Source of the DNA: Candidatus Parcubacteria bacterium
GTDB taxonomy: Bacteria; Patescibacteriota; Minisyncoccia; Phycocordibacterales; JBAYGS01
Direction of reading: 5' to 3'
DNA length: 64,000 nucleotides
NCBI GenBank assembly: GCA_039795895.1
Contig: JBDKKW010000001.1
Coordinates: 18,837-82,836, forward strand
How positions within the stretch are numbered: the first letter of the stretch is position 1; each line of letters begins with the position of its first letter. Below the pieces are notes generated by a model, which saw only the letters and a program-made list of their open reading frames with translations, was not told where the DNA came from and ran no database searches. The position numbers and the translations under genes were made by a program. Shown here piece after piece: positions 1-7,998 of the stretch.

Positions 1-466
1 TCTCCTCTAAGTTATCCCCAGTTTTTTTATACGGCGTCCTATTCTTATTAATTAAATCTTTTTCTTTATTCTTGTTCGTGGTTCCCGTAGACCGATCTGA
101 CCGGTCTGTATGACCGATGTGAAAGTCTGACTGACCGATCTCGTTTGAGTTCGGTCTGTATGACCGGTCTAGTTTCAACAGGTAATACACATTGTGGTAG
201 CGTCGTCGGCTCTTGCGGATGATCTCCAGTTTGATCAGCTGGCGGATTCCTCTTTGCACGCTCGAGATGCTTGCGCCGATCTTGTCGGCCATAGTCTTGT
301 GCGACGGAAAACAAAAACCCTCCTGGTTGGCGTACTCAGCCAGGCAGTTATAAATAGCGATGCCGATCGGCCCGATCGTGCTTCCATACTCGTCGAGGAG
401 GACTTTGCTGATCCAATACCAGTCTCCCTTGCGAAGATCCCTAATTGTTATTTTGTCATCCGACAT
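1..466 (-). CDS. HTH-domain protein (HTH_36/replication-initiator-like), 3'-partial (runs off left edge); alternative start ATG at 574
   Basis: Manual translation of the minus strand from ATG 466 gives MSDDKITIRDLRKGDWYWISKVLLDEYGSTIGPIGIAIYNCLAEYANQEGFCFPSHKTMADKIGASISSVQRGIRQLIKLEIIRKSRRRY..., with no stop before position 1. It is absent from the ORF track because it has no in-window stop. The plus ORF 194..532 is its codon-aligned antisense. Confidence 0.55.
   Translation of the reverse strand, partial: MSDDKITIRDLRKGDWYWISKVLLDEYGSTIGPIGIAIYNCLAEYANQEGFCFPSHKTMADKIGASISSVQRGIRQLIKLEIIRKSRRRYHNVYYLLKLDRSYRPNSNEIGQSDFHIGHTDRSDRSTGTTNKNKEKDLINKNRTPYKKTGDNLEE
91..171. repeat. Cluster of GACCGRTCT / GGTCTGTATGACCG direct and palindromic repeats (iteron- or operator-like)
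   Basis: gaccgatct at 91-99 and 133-141; gaccggtct at 100-108 and 163-171; the 14-mer ggtctgtatgaccg at 103-116 and 153-166. GACCGGTC is itself palindromic. Confidence 0.6.
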
Positions 467-667
467 ACGCGAAAAATAAAGGTGTGCGGGTCGACCAAAA
501 CCCAGACCGCACCTTATCGCTCCTCTCAATGAGGATGGTATCCATTGAGGGGAGAGTAAAGTTTGGTCTACCATTCCTTTGATTTCGGAAGCGCACGATC
601 GATGTTGTCGAGTGCTCTACAGAAGTCGCGTCGTATATTCGGATTTTCAAGTTCCCGAATGGTGAAG

Positions 668-946
668 TTATTCAAGAGACTCTCCCTCCGTGCGAGGAGT
701 TCTTTCCTCGTCGGGGGCTTCCTCGTCATCCGTTTCCATATCGTCCGGATAAGTCTCTTGATCAGGATTTTCGTTCTCATGTTTTTTAATGTGATCCATG
801 TGATCCAAAAGCATGAACGCCATGCGCTTAAAGCCAGCATGGACTTTCCAGACTTCTTGTCGGGTTGGCTCCCGGCCGAGTACGTCCGAGAGTGCATTGC
901 GAGTAAGCTCCACGAGAGCTTCCTCGTCTTTCGTCGGCTTGGACAT
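668..946 (-). CDS. Hypothetical acidic protein (92 aa), co-oriented with the cro-like gene
   Basis: ORF MSKPTKDEEALVELTRNALSD... The overlapping ORFs 563..988(+) and 568..963(-) have junk-like, very basic composition. Confidence 0.4.
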   Translation of the reverse strand: MSKPTKDEEALVELTRNALSDVLGREPTRQEVWKVHAGFKRMAFMLLDHMDHIKKHENENPDQETYPDDMETDDEEAPDEERTPRTEGESLE

Positions 947-1008
947 GCGATGGTTTGGTTCATAAGAGTGACCTCACACTTTTATTGACCGCATCACGCC
1001 CTGCTGGC

Positions 1009-1215
1009 TCAAGGCAAGAAAATCTCCTCGACTCTAACCCCGAGAGCCAAGGCGATCCGCTGGGCTGTTTCGAGATTCGGACGCTTTCGTCCGGTCTCGT
1101 ACCTGCTGATCGCCGTGTTGTGCCTAAAACCAAGAATTCGGGCGAGCTTGTATTGCGTCAGCCCTTTCTTGATTCTCAGGTCTCGGAGTCGTATGTTTGT
1201 TGGTGTTTTATTCAT
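1009..1215 (-). CDS. XRE-family HTH regulator (Cro-like)
   Basis: 68 aa with GLTQYKLARILGFRHNTAISRYETG, a classic XRE helix-turn-helix. Divergent from the CI-like gene. Confidence 0.8.
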   Translation of the reverse strand: MNKTPTNIRLRDLRIKKGLTQYKLARILGFRHNTAISRYETGRKRPNLETAQRIALALGVRVEEIFLP

Positions 1216-1245
1216 ATGGTTAACTTTTAGACCTCTACAGTCATA

Positions 1246-1361
1246 TTAAGCAATTTTGCTTACGAGGTCAATATATTTAGGTGTGGATAAAGCAAAGTTG
1301 CTTAATGTTTACTAATTTGCTATAGTTAAGCAATCAAGGTCGTAGTTAATCGATTAAGCAA
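1246..1361. promoter_or_regulatory. Operator/promoter region of a cro/CI-type switch with repeated TTAAGCAA half-sites
   Basis: Palindromes TTAAGCAATTTTGCTTA (1246-1262) and TAAAGCAAAGTTGCTTAA (1288-1305), plus TTAAGCAA half-sites at 1326-1333 and 1354-1361 and the perfect palindrome TTAATCGATTAA (1345-1356). They lie between divergent HTH genes. Confidence 0.6.
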
Positions 1362-1372
1362 ACCCAACGAAT

Positions 1373-2089
1373 ATGTCATTTGGTTCATATCTAAAAAAAC
1401 AAAGGGAATCGAATAAGTGGACTATCAAAGAGATGGCAGAGCGGCTCGGCTTTTCGTCGAGCTACATCAGCCAGCTGGAAAACGGGACCCGCATTCCGTC
1501 CCAGAAACAGCTCGGCACTTTCGCAAAGGCCTACCAGCTCCCGGAGGAGGATGTCCGGAAGCAGTGGACTGAGGGAAAGATTCAACAGGTCAGCATGGAG
1601 GGCAATTATAAATTTGGCATGACCGATGCTGGTGAGAAGCGTGTACACGAAGCCGCCAGCAAACTCGAAGAAGGACTTGAGGAATTGAAAAAAAGTTTTT
1701 CGAGTGACGGTCATTTCAAAATGCCGGTGCTCGTAGCGATCCCGATTGATGATCTCGACGGTCATCTGACTCGAACGAGCGATTTTGTTTTGCTTCCTAA
1801 AGATGGCGTCATGGAGGATCATCGAGTGTTCGGACTTCGTGTGTCCGATCTCACGCTCCCCGATGCCGGCATTCTTTCCGGAGACTTCGTCATCCTTGAT
1901 GCCGATCTCACTCCAAAGAATGGCGACATCGTGATCATGAGGACACCGGATGGTTTGGTAATGACTTATTACCAAGAGCGAGGCGACCACCTCGAGCTCC
2001 GGCCGGAGAAGGAAGGCTTCAAAAAGACCTACCATCTCAAGGAGAGCAAGATGATCGGTCGGCTGGTGTATCACGTGAAGAAGTATTAA
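1373..2089 (+). CDS. CI/LexA-like repressor: N-terminal XRE HTH plus C-terminal S24 peptidase domain
   Basis: N-term WTIKEMAERLGFSSSYISQLENGTR; C-term ...DGVMEDHRVFGLRVSDLTLPDAGILSGDFVILDADLTPKNGDIVIM..RPEKEGFKK resembles an S24 autopeptidase (assigned from overall C-terminal similarity only; no Ser/Lys catalytic dyad or G-D-S-M motif was positively identified). Confidence 0.8.
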   Translation: MSFGSYLKKQRESNKWTIKEMAERLGFSSSYISQLENGTRIPSQKQLGTFAKAYQLPEEDVRKQWTEGKIQQVSMEGNYKFGMTDAGEKRVHEAASKLEEGLEELKKSFSSDGHFKMPVLVAIPIDDLDGHLTRTSDFVLLPKDGVMEDHRVFGLRVSDLTLPDAGILSGDFVILDADLTPKNGDIVIMRTPDGLVMTYYQERGDHLELRPEKEGFKKTYHLKESKMIGRLVYHVKKY

Positions 2090-2093
2090 CAAA

Positions 2094-2118
2094 CAGGGCT
2101 CCCTTCGGGGAGCCCTGA
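2094..2118 (+). terminator. Hairpin CAGGGCTCCCcttcGGGGAGCCCTG after the CI-like gene
   Basis: Perfect 10-bp stem with a cuucgg-type loop, followed by an AT-rich tract containing three AGTAAA repeats (2163-2205). Confidence 0.5.
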
Positions 2119-2216
2119 GCTCATTTTAAGGCACACCAGTTCAAGGAGTTGTAAAGAATTAGTAAAGAAAAAGTAAATTAATTATTAAAAATAAGTAAAC
2201 AATTTATAAAGGATTT

Positions 2217-3752
2217 ATGAACTACTTAGTCTACGGCCGTGTCTCTACCTCTCGTCAGGCCGAACGAGAACTGAGTATTCCGGCGCAGGTTAAAGCATGT
2301 CAGAAGTACGGCATGGATCACCACTGGAATCTCGCGCCGGATGGCATCTACGAAGAGAAGGGAGAGTCTGCTCGTACCACCGAGCGTCCCCAGCTTCAGA
2401 AAATGCTTCACCGTGCAAAGACCGATCCCAAGGTCGATGCGATCTTGATGCACAAACTGGATCGTATGTGTCGCAACGTCGCGGACTATGCCGCGATTAA
2501 AATGATGCTCAAAAAGCACGATGTCCGATTGATCTCGGTAGTCGAGCAATTCGACGAGTCTTTCTCCGGAGAGCTCGTTGAGAACATCATGTCGTCGATC
2601 GCGCAGTGGACGTCCCAGAACATCAGCTGGGAGGTCAGGAAGGGTCTCAAAGAGGCCGTAGAGCGTGGCCGGTTCCCCGGATACGCACCGCTCGGGTATC
2701 TGAACGATAAGAAGACCAAGTCTCTTATCGTCGACAATATCCGCGCTCCGTACATTAAGTTGGCATTTGAACTCTACGCCACCGGTAAATATTCGTATGA
2801 GTCTTTGTCTGCTGATCTTAATAAGCGAGGTCTGAAGACGCGAAGTGGTAAACAGATCAGTCGAAAAGCTACCGAGCACTTCTTGGCAAACACGATCTAC
2901 TACGGGCTTATAAAAACTCGATCGGCTACCAATCAGGCAAACTTTCCACCTCTCATCACCAAGAAGCTCTTTGACGACGTTCAAGAGATTATCCAACAGC
3001 ACAATCACTACGCCGATCGCACACGCAAACACTCGTATCCAATGGCCGGCTTTATGCGATGTGGCGACTGCGGATCAATGCTCTGCGGCCAGATGCAAAA
3101 GAACCATCTCTACTATTCTTGCAGTCATCGCAAAGACCCGAAGTGCATGGAAAAGAAGTACATGCGCTGGGAGGACGTCGAGGCACAAGTGGCAGTCATG
3201 CTCGCTCGTATACAGTTGCCGGACAAGTTCAAAAAGGTGCTCGATGCCTACTTCCAGTACTTCGCCAAGGAGCGTCTGGATCAGGAGGATAAGGAGCGCA
3301 AAAGTCTGAAACAGGAGCTTATTCGCATCCAGCAACAGATCCGCAATATCGTCGTGGATCGCTCAAAACGCATCATAGACGCAGAGGTCTTTATAAAGAT
3401 TCAGGACGAGCTTTTGCGCGAGAAAGAGATGTATCAGGGTCGCTTGGGTGAGATGGAGGGCAAGTCCGATAAGTTCGTCCAGAAGTTCAACGAGCTATTG
3501 GATTTCACCGATCATGCAGACCGAGTATTTCAGACCGGTGGCTTCCATCAAAAGCGAATAATTATGAAGCTTTGCTTCGAGGGATTCGTCGTCAAAAATC
3601 AAAAACTGACGCCCATCTGGTCGCCAGTCTTTGATGTCCTCATGGACTTACAAGTTTCCAAGATCGAACCTCCTGAGCCCCCTAGGGGGTCAAAAAACGT
3701 TGCAAACACTAAGGTTCAAACTTGGAAATCTGGCGGAGGAAGTGGGATTTGA
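2217..3752 (+). CDS. Large serine recombinase (integrase)
   Basis: N-terminal resolvase catalytic motif YGRVSTSRQ. It is 511 aa and has a Cys cluster CGDCGSMLCG...YYSCSH.. consistent with a zinc ribbon. Its 3' end overlaps the 3' end of tRNA-Ser. Confidence 0.85.
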   Translation: MNYLVYGRVSTSRQAERELSIPAQVKACQKYGMDHHWNLAPDGIYEEKGESARTTERPQLQKMLHRAKTDPKVDAILMHKLDRMCRNVADYAAIKMMLKKHDVRLISVVEQFDESFSGELVENIMSSIAQWTSQNISWEVRKGLKEAVERGRFPGYAPLGYLNDKKTKSLIVDNIRAPYIKLAFELYATGKYSYESLSADLNKRGLKTRSGKQISRKATEHFLANTIYYGLIKTRSATNQANFPPLITKKLFDDVQEIIQQHNHYADRTRKHSYPMAGFMRCGDCGSMLCGQMQKNHLYYSCSHRKDPKCMEKKYMRWEDVEAQVAVMLARIQLPDKFKKVLDAYFQYFAKERLDQEDKERKSLKQELIRIQQQIRNIVVDRSKRIIDAEVFIKIQDELLREKEMYQGRLGEMEGKSDKFVQKFNELLDFTDHADRVFQTGGFHQKRIIMKLCFEGFVVKNQKLTPIWSPVFDVLMDLQVSKIEPPEPPRGSKNVANTKVQTWKSGGGSGI

Positions 3753-3820
3753 ACCCACGAGGAGCTTTCACCCCTGCCGCTTTTCGAGAGCGGTGATTTC
3801 AACCACTCACCCATTCCTCC
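3731..3820 (-). tRNA. tRNA-Ser (anticodon CGA), class II long variable arm, CCA encoded
   Basis: Reverse complement GGAGGAATGGGTGAGTGGTTGAAATCACCGCTCTCGAAAAGCGG...GGGTTCAAATCCCACTTCCTCCGCCA; anticodon loop CTCGAAA. Confidence 0.8.
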
Positions 3821-3855
3821 AAACATTTCATTTAGGCTAGCAAACCATAGCATTT

Positions 3856-3892
3856 TTTTGCAAAATATACAAAAAATGCTATAGTACCTTTT
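3856..3892 (+). promoter_or_regulatory. Sigma-70-type promoter TTGCAA-N17-TATAGT upstream of tRNA-Glu
   Basis: tttttgcaaaatatacaaaaaatgctatagtacc. Confidence 0.5.
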
Positions 3893-3897
3893 CAGAC

Positions 3898-3969
3898 GGC
3901 CCTATCGTCTAACGGTTAGGACACGGCCTTTTCAAGGCTGTAATCGGGGTTCGATTCCCCGTAGGGTCA
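3898..3969 (+). tRNA. tRNA-Glu (anticodon TTC), no CCA encoded
   Basis: GGCCCTATCGTCTAACGGTTAGGACACGGCCTTTTCAAGGCTGTAATCGGGGTTCGATTCCCCGTAGGGTCA; anticodon loop TTTTCAA. Confidence 0.8.
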
Positions 3970-4005
3970 CAGCTTAGAGCACAGCGATAAAAGCTGTGAC
4001 CCTAA
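3961..4005 (+). terminator. Hairpin GGGTCACAGCTT..AAGCTGTGACCC that includes the tRNA-Glu 3' end
   Basis: 12-bp perfect inverted repeat directly abutting the tRNA. No U-tract, so it could instead be an att-associated structure. Confidence 0.4.
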
Positions 4006-4099
4006 GTAGAGCGGGAGCGCTCTACGTCGGGGAATCGAAGCCTGTTTGAGTATTTTTTCAAGTGTAGTAACACGCAGAAAAAATCCAAACAGGGTACTG

Positions 4100-4216
4100 A
4101 CCGTGTAACGGTCGAGTCCCGTAGGGTTACCTCCGTGACCGAGAATGTATGCAAGGTTCCCTGTAGGAAAATTATAGCTGAACCCATTACCATGTCGTTT
4201 TCCGTAGAGTTATCAT
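4100..4216. repeat. Degenerate direct repeats of the tRNA-Glu 3' end (att-site remnants)
   Basis: cggtcgagtcccgtagggttacc (4108-4130), ggttccctgtagg (4154-4166) and ttccgtagagtta (4199-4211) all resemble tRNA-Glu ggggttcgattccccgtagggtca. Confidence 0.5.
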
Positions 4217-4226
4217 TTTACCCACA

Positions 4227-4793
4227 TTGTTTAAAATAAGAGCAAATTTTGTAGGAAGTTTTAAGGTTGGAGATAACATCAATCACAATCTGAGGGTCTT
4301 AACTTTACTGTATAGTTATTTTGAAAATGTGGATAATAATAAAAAGCGGTTACTTTGTAAACCAATCATATTGATAATCATCTCCATTATTGAAGCGGTA
4401 CTGCATGATTTTCACGGACGAATAAGAGCTTACACGAAAGAAGGGGTAAGTACTTTAGCAGAAGATGTAATTAATTATATAAGAGGTAAACATATTGATG
4501 AGTTAGAAAAATACATCATGAGTGCCAAAAAACACGATTTCTTTGATATGAATGATACAAAGTTCTACGATACATTAGATAGTTTTAGAAAATTGAGAAA
4601 CAGAATCCATATTCAAAATACAAAAAACGATTTTGAATCCGATGAATATGTGGCGTTTAATGAAAAACGTAAGGTTGTTGCAGAAAAGCTCCTCGAAAAA
4701 ACCTTAGTGGTGATGAGTGAAAAGTATTCAAGAAATTTTAATGGATATGTACAAGACTTTGAATTGCCATGGGACAAACACTTCCATGATTAG
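4227..4793 (+). CDS. Hypothetical protein in an AT-rich islet, HEPN-like (R-x6-H motif RKLRNRIH); possible Abi/toxin-type protein
   Basis: 188-aa ORF with TTG start. GC is far below the flanks. The HEPN call rests only on the Rx4-6H motif and size. Confidence 0.4.
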   Translation: MFKIRANFVGSFKVGDNINHNLRVLTLLYSYFENVDNNKKRLLCKPIILIIISIIEAVLHDFHGRIRAYTKEGVSTLAEDVINYIRGKHIDELEKYIMSAKKHDFFDMNDTKFYDTLDSFRKLRNRIHIQNTKNDFESDEYVAFNEKRKVVAEKLLEKTLVVMSEKYSRNFNGYVQDFELPWDKHFHD

Positions 4794-4911
4794 GGTGAAC
4801 TATTGTAATTTTGTATTATTTCGTAGTAATTCTGTGTTTATTGGGGCAGAATAGGTTGGTGTGTGTGGTTAGGGAGGTGAATGTGTTAGAATTAGTAGAA
4901 TAGTAATATTC

Positions 4912-5559
4912 TTGAAGTGTATGAATTTTATAAACGATGAATGGACTATAGAAAAGATCAAGGTAGGATTTGAACGTTTTAAGGCTCAAAATGGTAGACT
5001 TCCGACTGGACCAGAAATTGACCAATTAGATTATCTTCCATCAGCTCGACAAATTCAGAGGAAGTTTGGAGGTCTCGAAAAATTACGTTCAGAGCTTGGT
5101 TATGAATATACCCATTTTGGAAAAGGTAAATATAGAAGTGAAATAGCAAGTCGAATAAATGTTAAAGGTCGCCAGGTAGAAATTTCTCTAGAAAAGATTT
5201 TAAAAGAGAAGTTTCATGAAGTTTTTGTTCATACTGAAAAAGTTTTTGATGATTCAAAGAATAGAGTCGATTTTTATGTGTATTGTCCCGATGGAAATTT
5301 TGGTATTGATGTCTTTTATACAGGGACGATGAGGGATTTACAGAAAAATGTAAATATAAAGATTGATAAATATCAGAATTTTACCCACCGATTATATCTA
5401 GTAGTCGCAAATAATGATTTTGAGCAACAAGAACTTAACGGATATATGGTTTCAAAAAAGAAAGCTTTACCGCAAGATAGTACAATTGTGACACTTGATA
5501 CACTTTTTGAAATTATGAAAAATAAAAGAAGTTATCCCGATCCATTTATTACTAAATAG
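4912..5559 (+). CDS. Nuclease-like protein: N-terminal homing-endonuclease-associated (HNH_repeat-like) domain plus C-terminal restriction-endonuclease-like region
   Basis: WTIEKIKVGFERFKAQNGRLPTGPEIDQLDYLPSARQIQRKFGGLEKLRSELGY matches the W..E...GR.PT..E...LPS...I.RKFGG pattern. The C-terminal half reads VDFYVYCPDGNFGIDVFY. AT-rich. Confidence 0.5.
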   Translation: MKCMNFINDEWTIEKIKVGFERFKAQNGRLPTGPEIDQLDYLPSARQIQRKFGGLEKLRSELGYEYTHFGKGKYRSEIASRINVKGRQVEISLEKILKEKFHEVFVHTEKVFDDSKNRVDFYVYCPDGNFGIDVFYTGTMRDLQKNVNIKIDKYQNFTHRLYLVVANNDFEQQELNGYMVSKKKALPQDSTIVTLDTLFEIMKNKRSYPDPFITK

Positions 5560-5702
5560 TTATAAATATCTCTTCAACTTCACAAAAAAGTTAGATGAAA
5601 GTTCTTGTTAATGAATAGAAAAATACTAGTGACCGAAAGCGTACTCTCGATTCCTTGTAAGGTCACAATTAAAAAACCACCGGATTTCTCCGATGGTTGT
5701 GT

Positions 5703-6683
5703 TCAGTTGATTCTATTTATCTTTTCAAGCGCTATGGCCATCTTTCTAAGCGCTTTGTTTTGAATTTGGCGGATTCGTTCGGCGGTGATGCCGAATTGTT
5801 CACCCACCTCTTCCAGTGTCTTGTCGCTGTCTCCATCAAGTCCAAATCTGATGCCTATCAGAGTTCGTTCTCGTGGAGTGAGGGTTTGCAAGAGTCTTTT
5901 GGCAAGCTTAATGTTTTCTCGCCTCTCGCAAACCTTCCGAGGATTTTCTGCATACTCATCCTCTAGTGTGTCCATCCATGTGGCGGTGTCTCCATCTGTG
6001 CCAAGTGGAGCGTCTAGTTCGATTGGCTTTTGGGCTATCGCAAACAAGTTCCTAATCTTCTCCACCGACTCACCGGTCTCCTCGGCTAGCTCTTCTTCGG
6101 TGATACTACGACCGAGGGATGTCTCGAGCTGTTTGATATATTTTCGGTATCGAAGGAATGTCTCAAGTCTATGCGTGGGAATACGAATTGTTCTCCCTTG
6201 TTCTGAGAGCGCCTCCAATATCTTTTGCCTGATCCACCACCTCGCATAGGTTGAAAGCTTTGCGTCGTATCTCCAATCAAACTTCTCGACAGCTTTACAG
6301 AGACCAATATTACCTTCGTTGATGAGGTCAGGTACAGGTACTCCAAGGCCTTCGTGATCGTAGGCTATAGATGCCACCAAGAGTAAGTTGGAGCACACCA
6401 GTGTGTCGCACGCTTGCTTGTCTCCCTTATCTTTCCGTTTACCGAGCTCGATTTCTTCTTCACGAGTAAGTAAGGGGAATGCGCTGATGTCGCGGAAGTA
6501 TCTCCTGAGCTCGTCAGAAGACCGGAGTCTGTTTCCTGAGAGTTCGACGTGTTCGTCGTCAGGTTCTTCGACAGGTGCTTTCGGTGCATTGTGGTTCATT
6601 ACAACCCTTTCGCTTTGAAGCGCAACAAGTAGTTGCGTGACAGTTCTGGTGATAGATACTACTACGGCCAACGGTGTTGTCAA
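5703..6683 (-). CDS. rpoD: RNA polymerase sigma-70 family factor (RpoD/SigA-like); the true start may be the internal ATG at about 6599
   Basis: Regions 2, 3 and 4 are recognisable: RYFRDISAFPLLTREEEIELGKR.., DLINEGNIGLCKAVEKFDWRYDAKLSTYARWWIRQ, ..LTPRERTLIGIRFGLDGDSDKTLEEVGEQFGITAERIRQIQNKALRKM. Confidence 0.9.
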   Translation of the reverse strand: MTTPLAVVVSITRTVTQLLVALQSERVVMNHNAPKAPVEEPDDEHVELSGNRLRSSDELRRYFRDISAFPLLTREEEIELGKRKDKGDKQACDTLVCSNLLLVASIAYDHEGLGVPVPDLINEGNIGLCKAVEKFDWRYDAKLSTYARWWIRQKILEALSEQGRTIRIPTHRLETFLRYRKYIKQLETSLGRSITEEELAEETGESVEKIRNLFAIAQKPIELDAPLGTDGDTATWMDTLEDEYAENPRKVCERRENIKLAKRLLQTLTPRERTLIGIRFGLDGDSDKTLEEVGEQFGITAERIRQIQNKALRKMAIALEKINRIN

Positions 6684-6770
6684 ATAAAATGAACACCCTT
6701 TTCTTTTTGTGGTTTTGAGTGCTTTGTGTATACTTGTACACAGAGAGTACTGTTCTGTTTTTTAATACCT

Positions 6771-7064
6771 ATGACAACCGCAAAGATTCTTTCCGTGGTC
6801 GCTTTGTATCGTGCTCGTTTTGAAAAAGAGGGGATTCCGAAGATTCGGATGAATCCTGATACGTGTCCACGGAGCAAGGACACTGGAGGCAAACGCGAGA
6901 TGTTGGCGCATGCGCACTATTTACTCGATGGCATTGCTAAATACGCTCAAGATCCCGAGAAAGTGGGGAAGACGGGGCGACATCTTGGCTCAGCGCAGAT
7001 GTTGCTGTGGTGTGCCGGCTGGTATACCCTCACTGAGCTGATGGACCACAACCGTCCCGACTAG
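6771..7064 (+). CDS. Hypothetical small protein (about 97 aa)
   Basis: ORF MTTAKILSVVALYRARFEKEGIPK..., followed by a rho-independent terminator. Confidence 0.4.
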   Translation: MTTAKILSVVALYRARFEKEGIPKIRMNPDTCPRSKDTGGKREMLAHAHYLLDGIAKYAQDPEKVGKTGRHLGSAQMLLWCAGWYTLTELMDHNRPD

Positions 7065-7082
7065 ATCGGGCGGTTTTTTGTT
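7052..7082 (+). terminator. Rho-independent terminator GTCCCGACtagaTCGGGCGGTTTTTTG
   Basis: GC hairpin followed by a T6 run. Confidence 0.6.
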
Positions 7083-7163
7083 AAACGTGGTACTATTTGA
7101 CTTTTTTATATAATTCAGTATCATAGATTTCAGAAAACAGTAAGAAACAGAAAGGATTGTTCT

Positions 7164-7541
7164 ATGGATCAAATGCGTTTGTCGGTGAATAGTCTGACGA
7201 GTCTCTTTGATTTGGTCGGAAAGGTGCAGACTGAGTGGCGGGGTGTACACTTCGAAGATATTGGTATCCGATGTATACCGGCTCCTGCTCGGTATCTTTA
7301 TTTGGTCAGTCCCAATGAAGACACTGGCCGTCCGAAAGCCCCATATCGTCCTACTCGACCGCTTCGGGGTTTCTGGGTGGGCACAGGTATTGCTTTTACC
7401 GGAGCTAATCCTCCCGAAAGTTTGGAGCATCTGCTCGAAGAGGCGCGATTCAGCTTTCCAGGTCGTTCTTTTGACCGCATCGGGGTGGGTGTTCTTGGGC
7501 CTTATATTTCCTTGATTCCACTCGAAGACTGGATACCGTGA
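7164..7541 (+). CDS. Hypothetical protein (125 aa)
   Basis: Good RBS agaaaggattgttctATG. Followed by the bidirectional terminator at 7547-7577. Confidence 0.5.
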   Translation: MDQMRLSVNSLTSLFDLVGKVQTEWRGVHFEDIGIRCIPAPARYLYLVSPNEDTGRPKAPYRPTRPLRGFWVGTGIAFTGANPPESLEHLLEEARFSFPGRSFDRIGVGVLGPYISLIPLEDWIP

Positions 7542-7546
7542 ATGCA

Positions 7547-7577
7547 AAACCGATACTCGTGGAGTATCGGTTTTTTA
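7547..7577. terminator. Bidirectional terminator AAACCGATACTCgtggGAGTATCGGTTTTTT
   Basis: Sits between convergent genes. Confidence 0.65.
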
Positions 7578-7582
7578 ATGCG

Positions 7583-7996
7583 CTATGCGGTATGTTTCTT
7601 TTTTAAATCAGCGAACATCGAGGCGGCGAGGGCTATGATGACAATATTTTTGATCATATATTGGCCTTCAAGTGTCGGAGTGAGAAAGCCTTGCCAAGCG
7701 ATATCTGGAAGGAGAAAAAGAGGCATGATGGTGGTGATCATGTGTGGGATGAGCAGGATCATTGCCACTTTTTCCATCTTCGGAATGATAAATAGGACAC
7801 CAATCAAGACTTCCCAGGCGCCAAGAATGCGGATAAAAGTGTGGAATGAAATGAAGGGTAGGGTTTGCTTCAAGAGTGCGTCTACGAGGGGATTGGCAGG
7901 ACTTAAGTCAAAGAATTTGAGTGCGCCAAACCAGACGAAGACCACAAAGAGAGCGAAGTGGGCGAAGAGGAATGCGATGTATTCTTTTTTCTTCAT
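7583..7996 (-). CDS. DoxX-like integral membrane protein
   Basis: 137 aa with four hydrophobic helices; its composition resembles the DoxX/YkgB family. Confidence 0.5.
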   Translation of the reverse strand: MKKKEYIAFLFAHFALFVVFVWFGALKFFDLSPANPLVDALLKQTLPFISFHTFIRILGAWEVLIGVLFIIPKMEKVAMILLIPHMITTIMPLFLLPDIAWQGFLTPTLEGQYMIKNIVIIALAASMFADLKKKHTA

Positions 7997-7998
7997 AG

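Noticed and set aside
194-532. Plus-strand ORF of 112 aa
   Set aside because: Codon-aligned antisense of the HTH-domain gene on the minus strand. The minus-strand product has a recognisable HTH, while the plus product is low-complexity.
563-988. Overlapping ORFs 563..988(+) and 568..963(-)
   Set aside because: Highly basic, repetitive translations. The co-oriented 668..946(-) ORF within the cro operon is preferred, though still uncertain.
1391-3032. Minus-strand ORFs 1391..2092 and 2226..3032
   Set aside because: Antisense to the CI-like repressor and serine recombinase genes, which have clear catalytic and DNA-binding motifs.
3631-3840. ORF 3631..3840(+) of 69 aa
   Set aside because: Overlaps the minus-strand tRNA-Ser.
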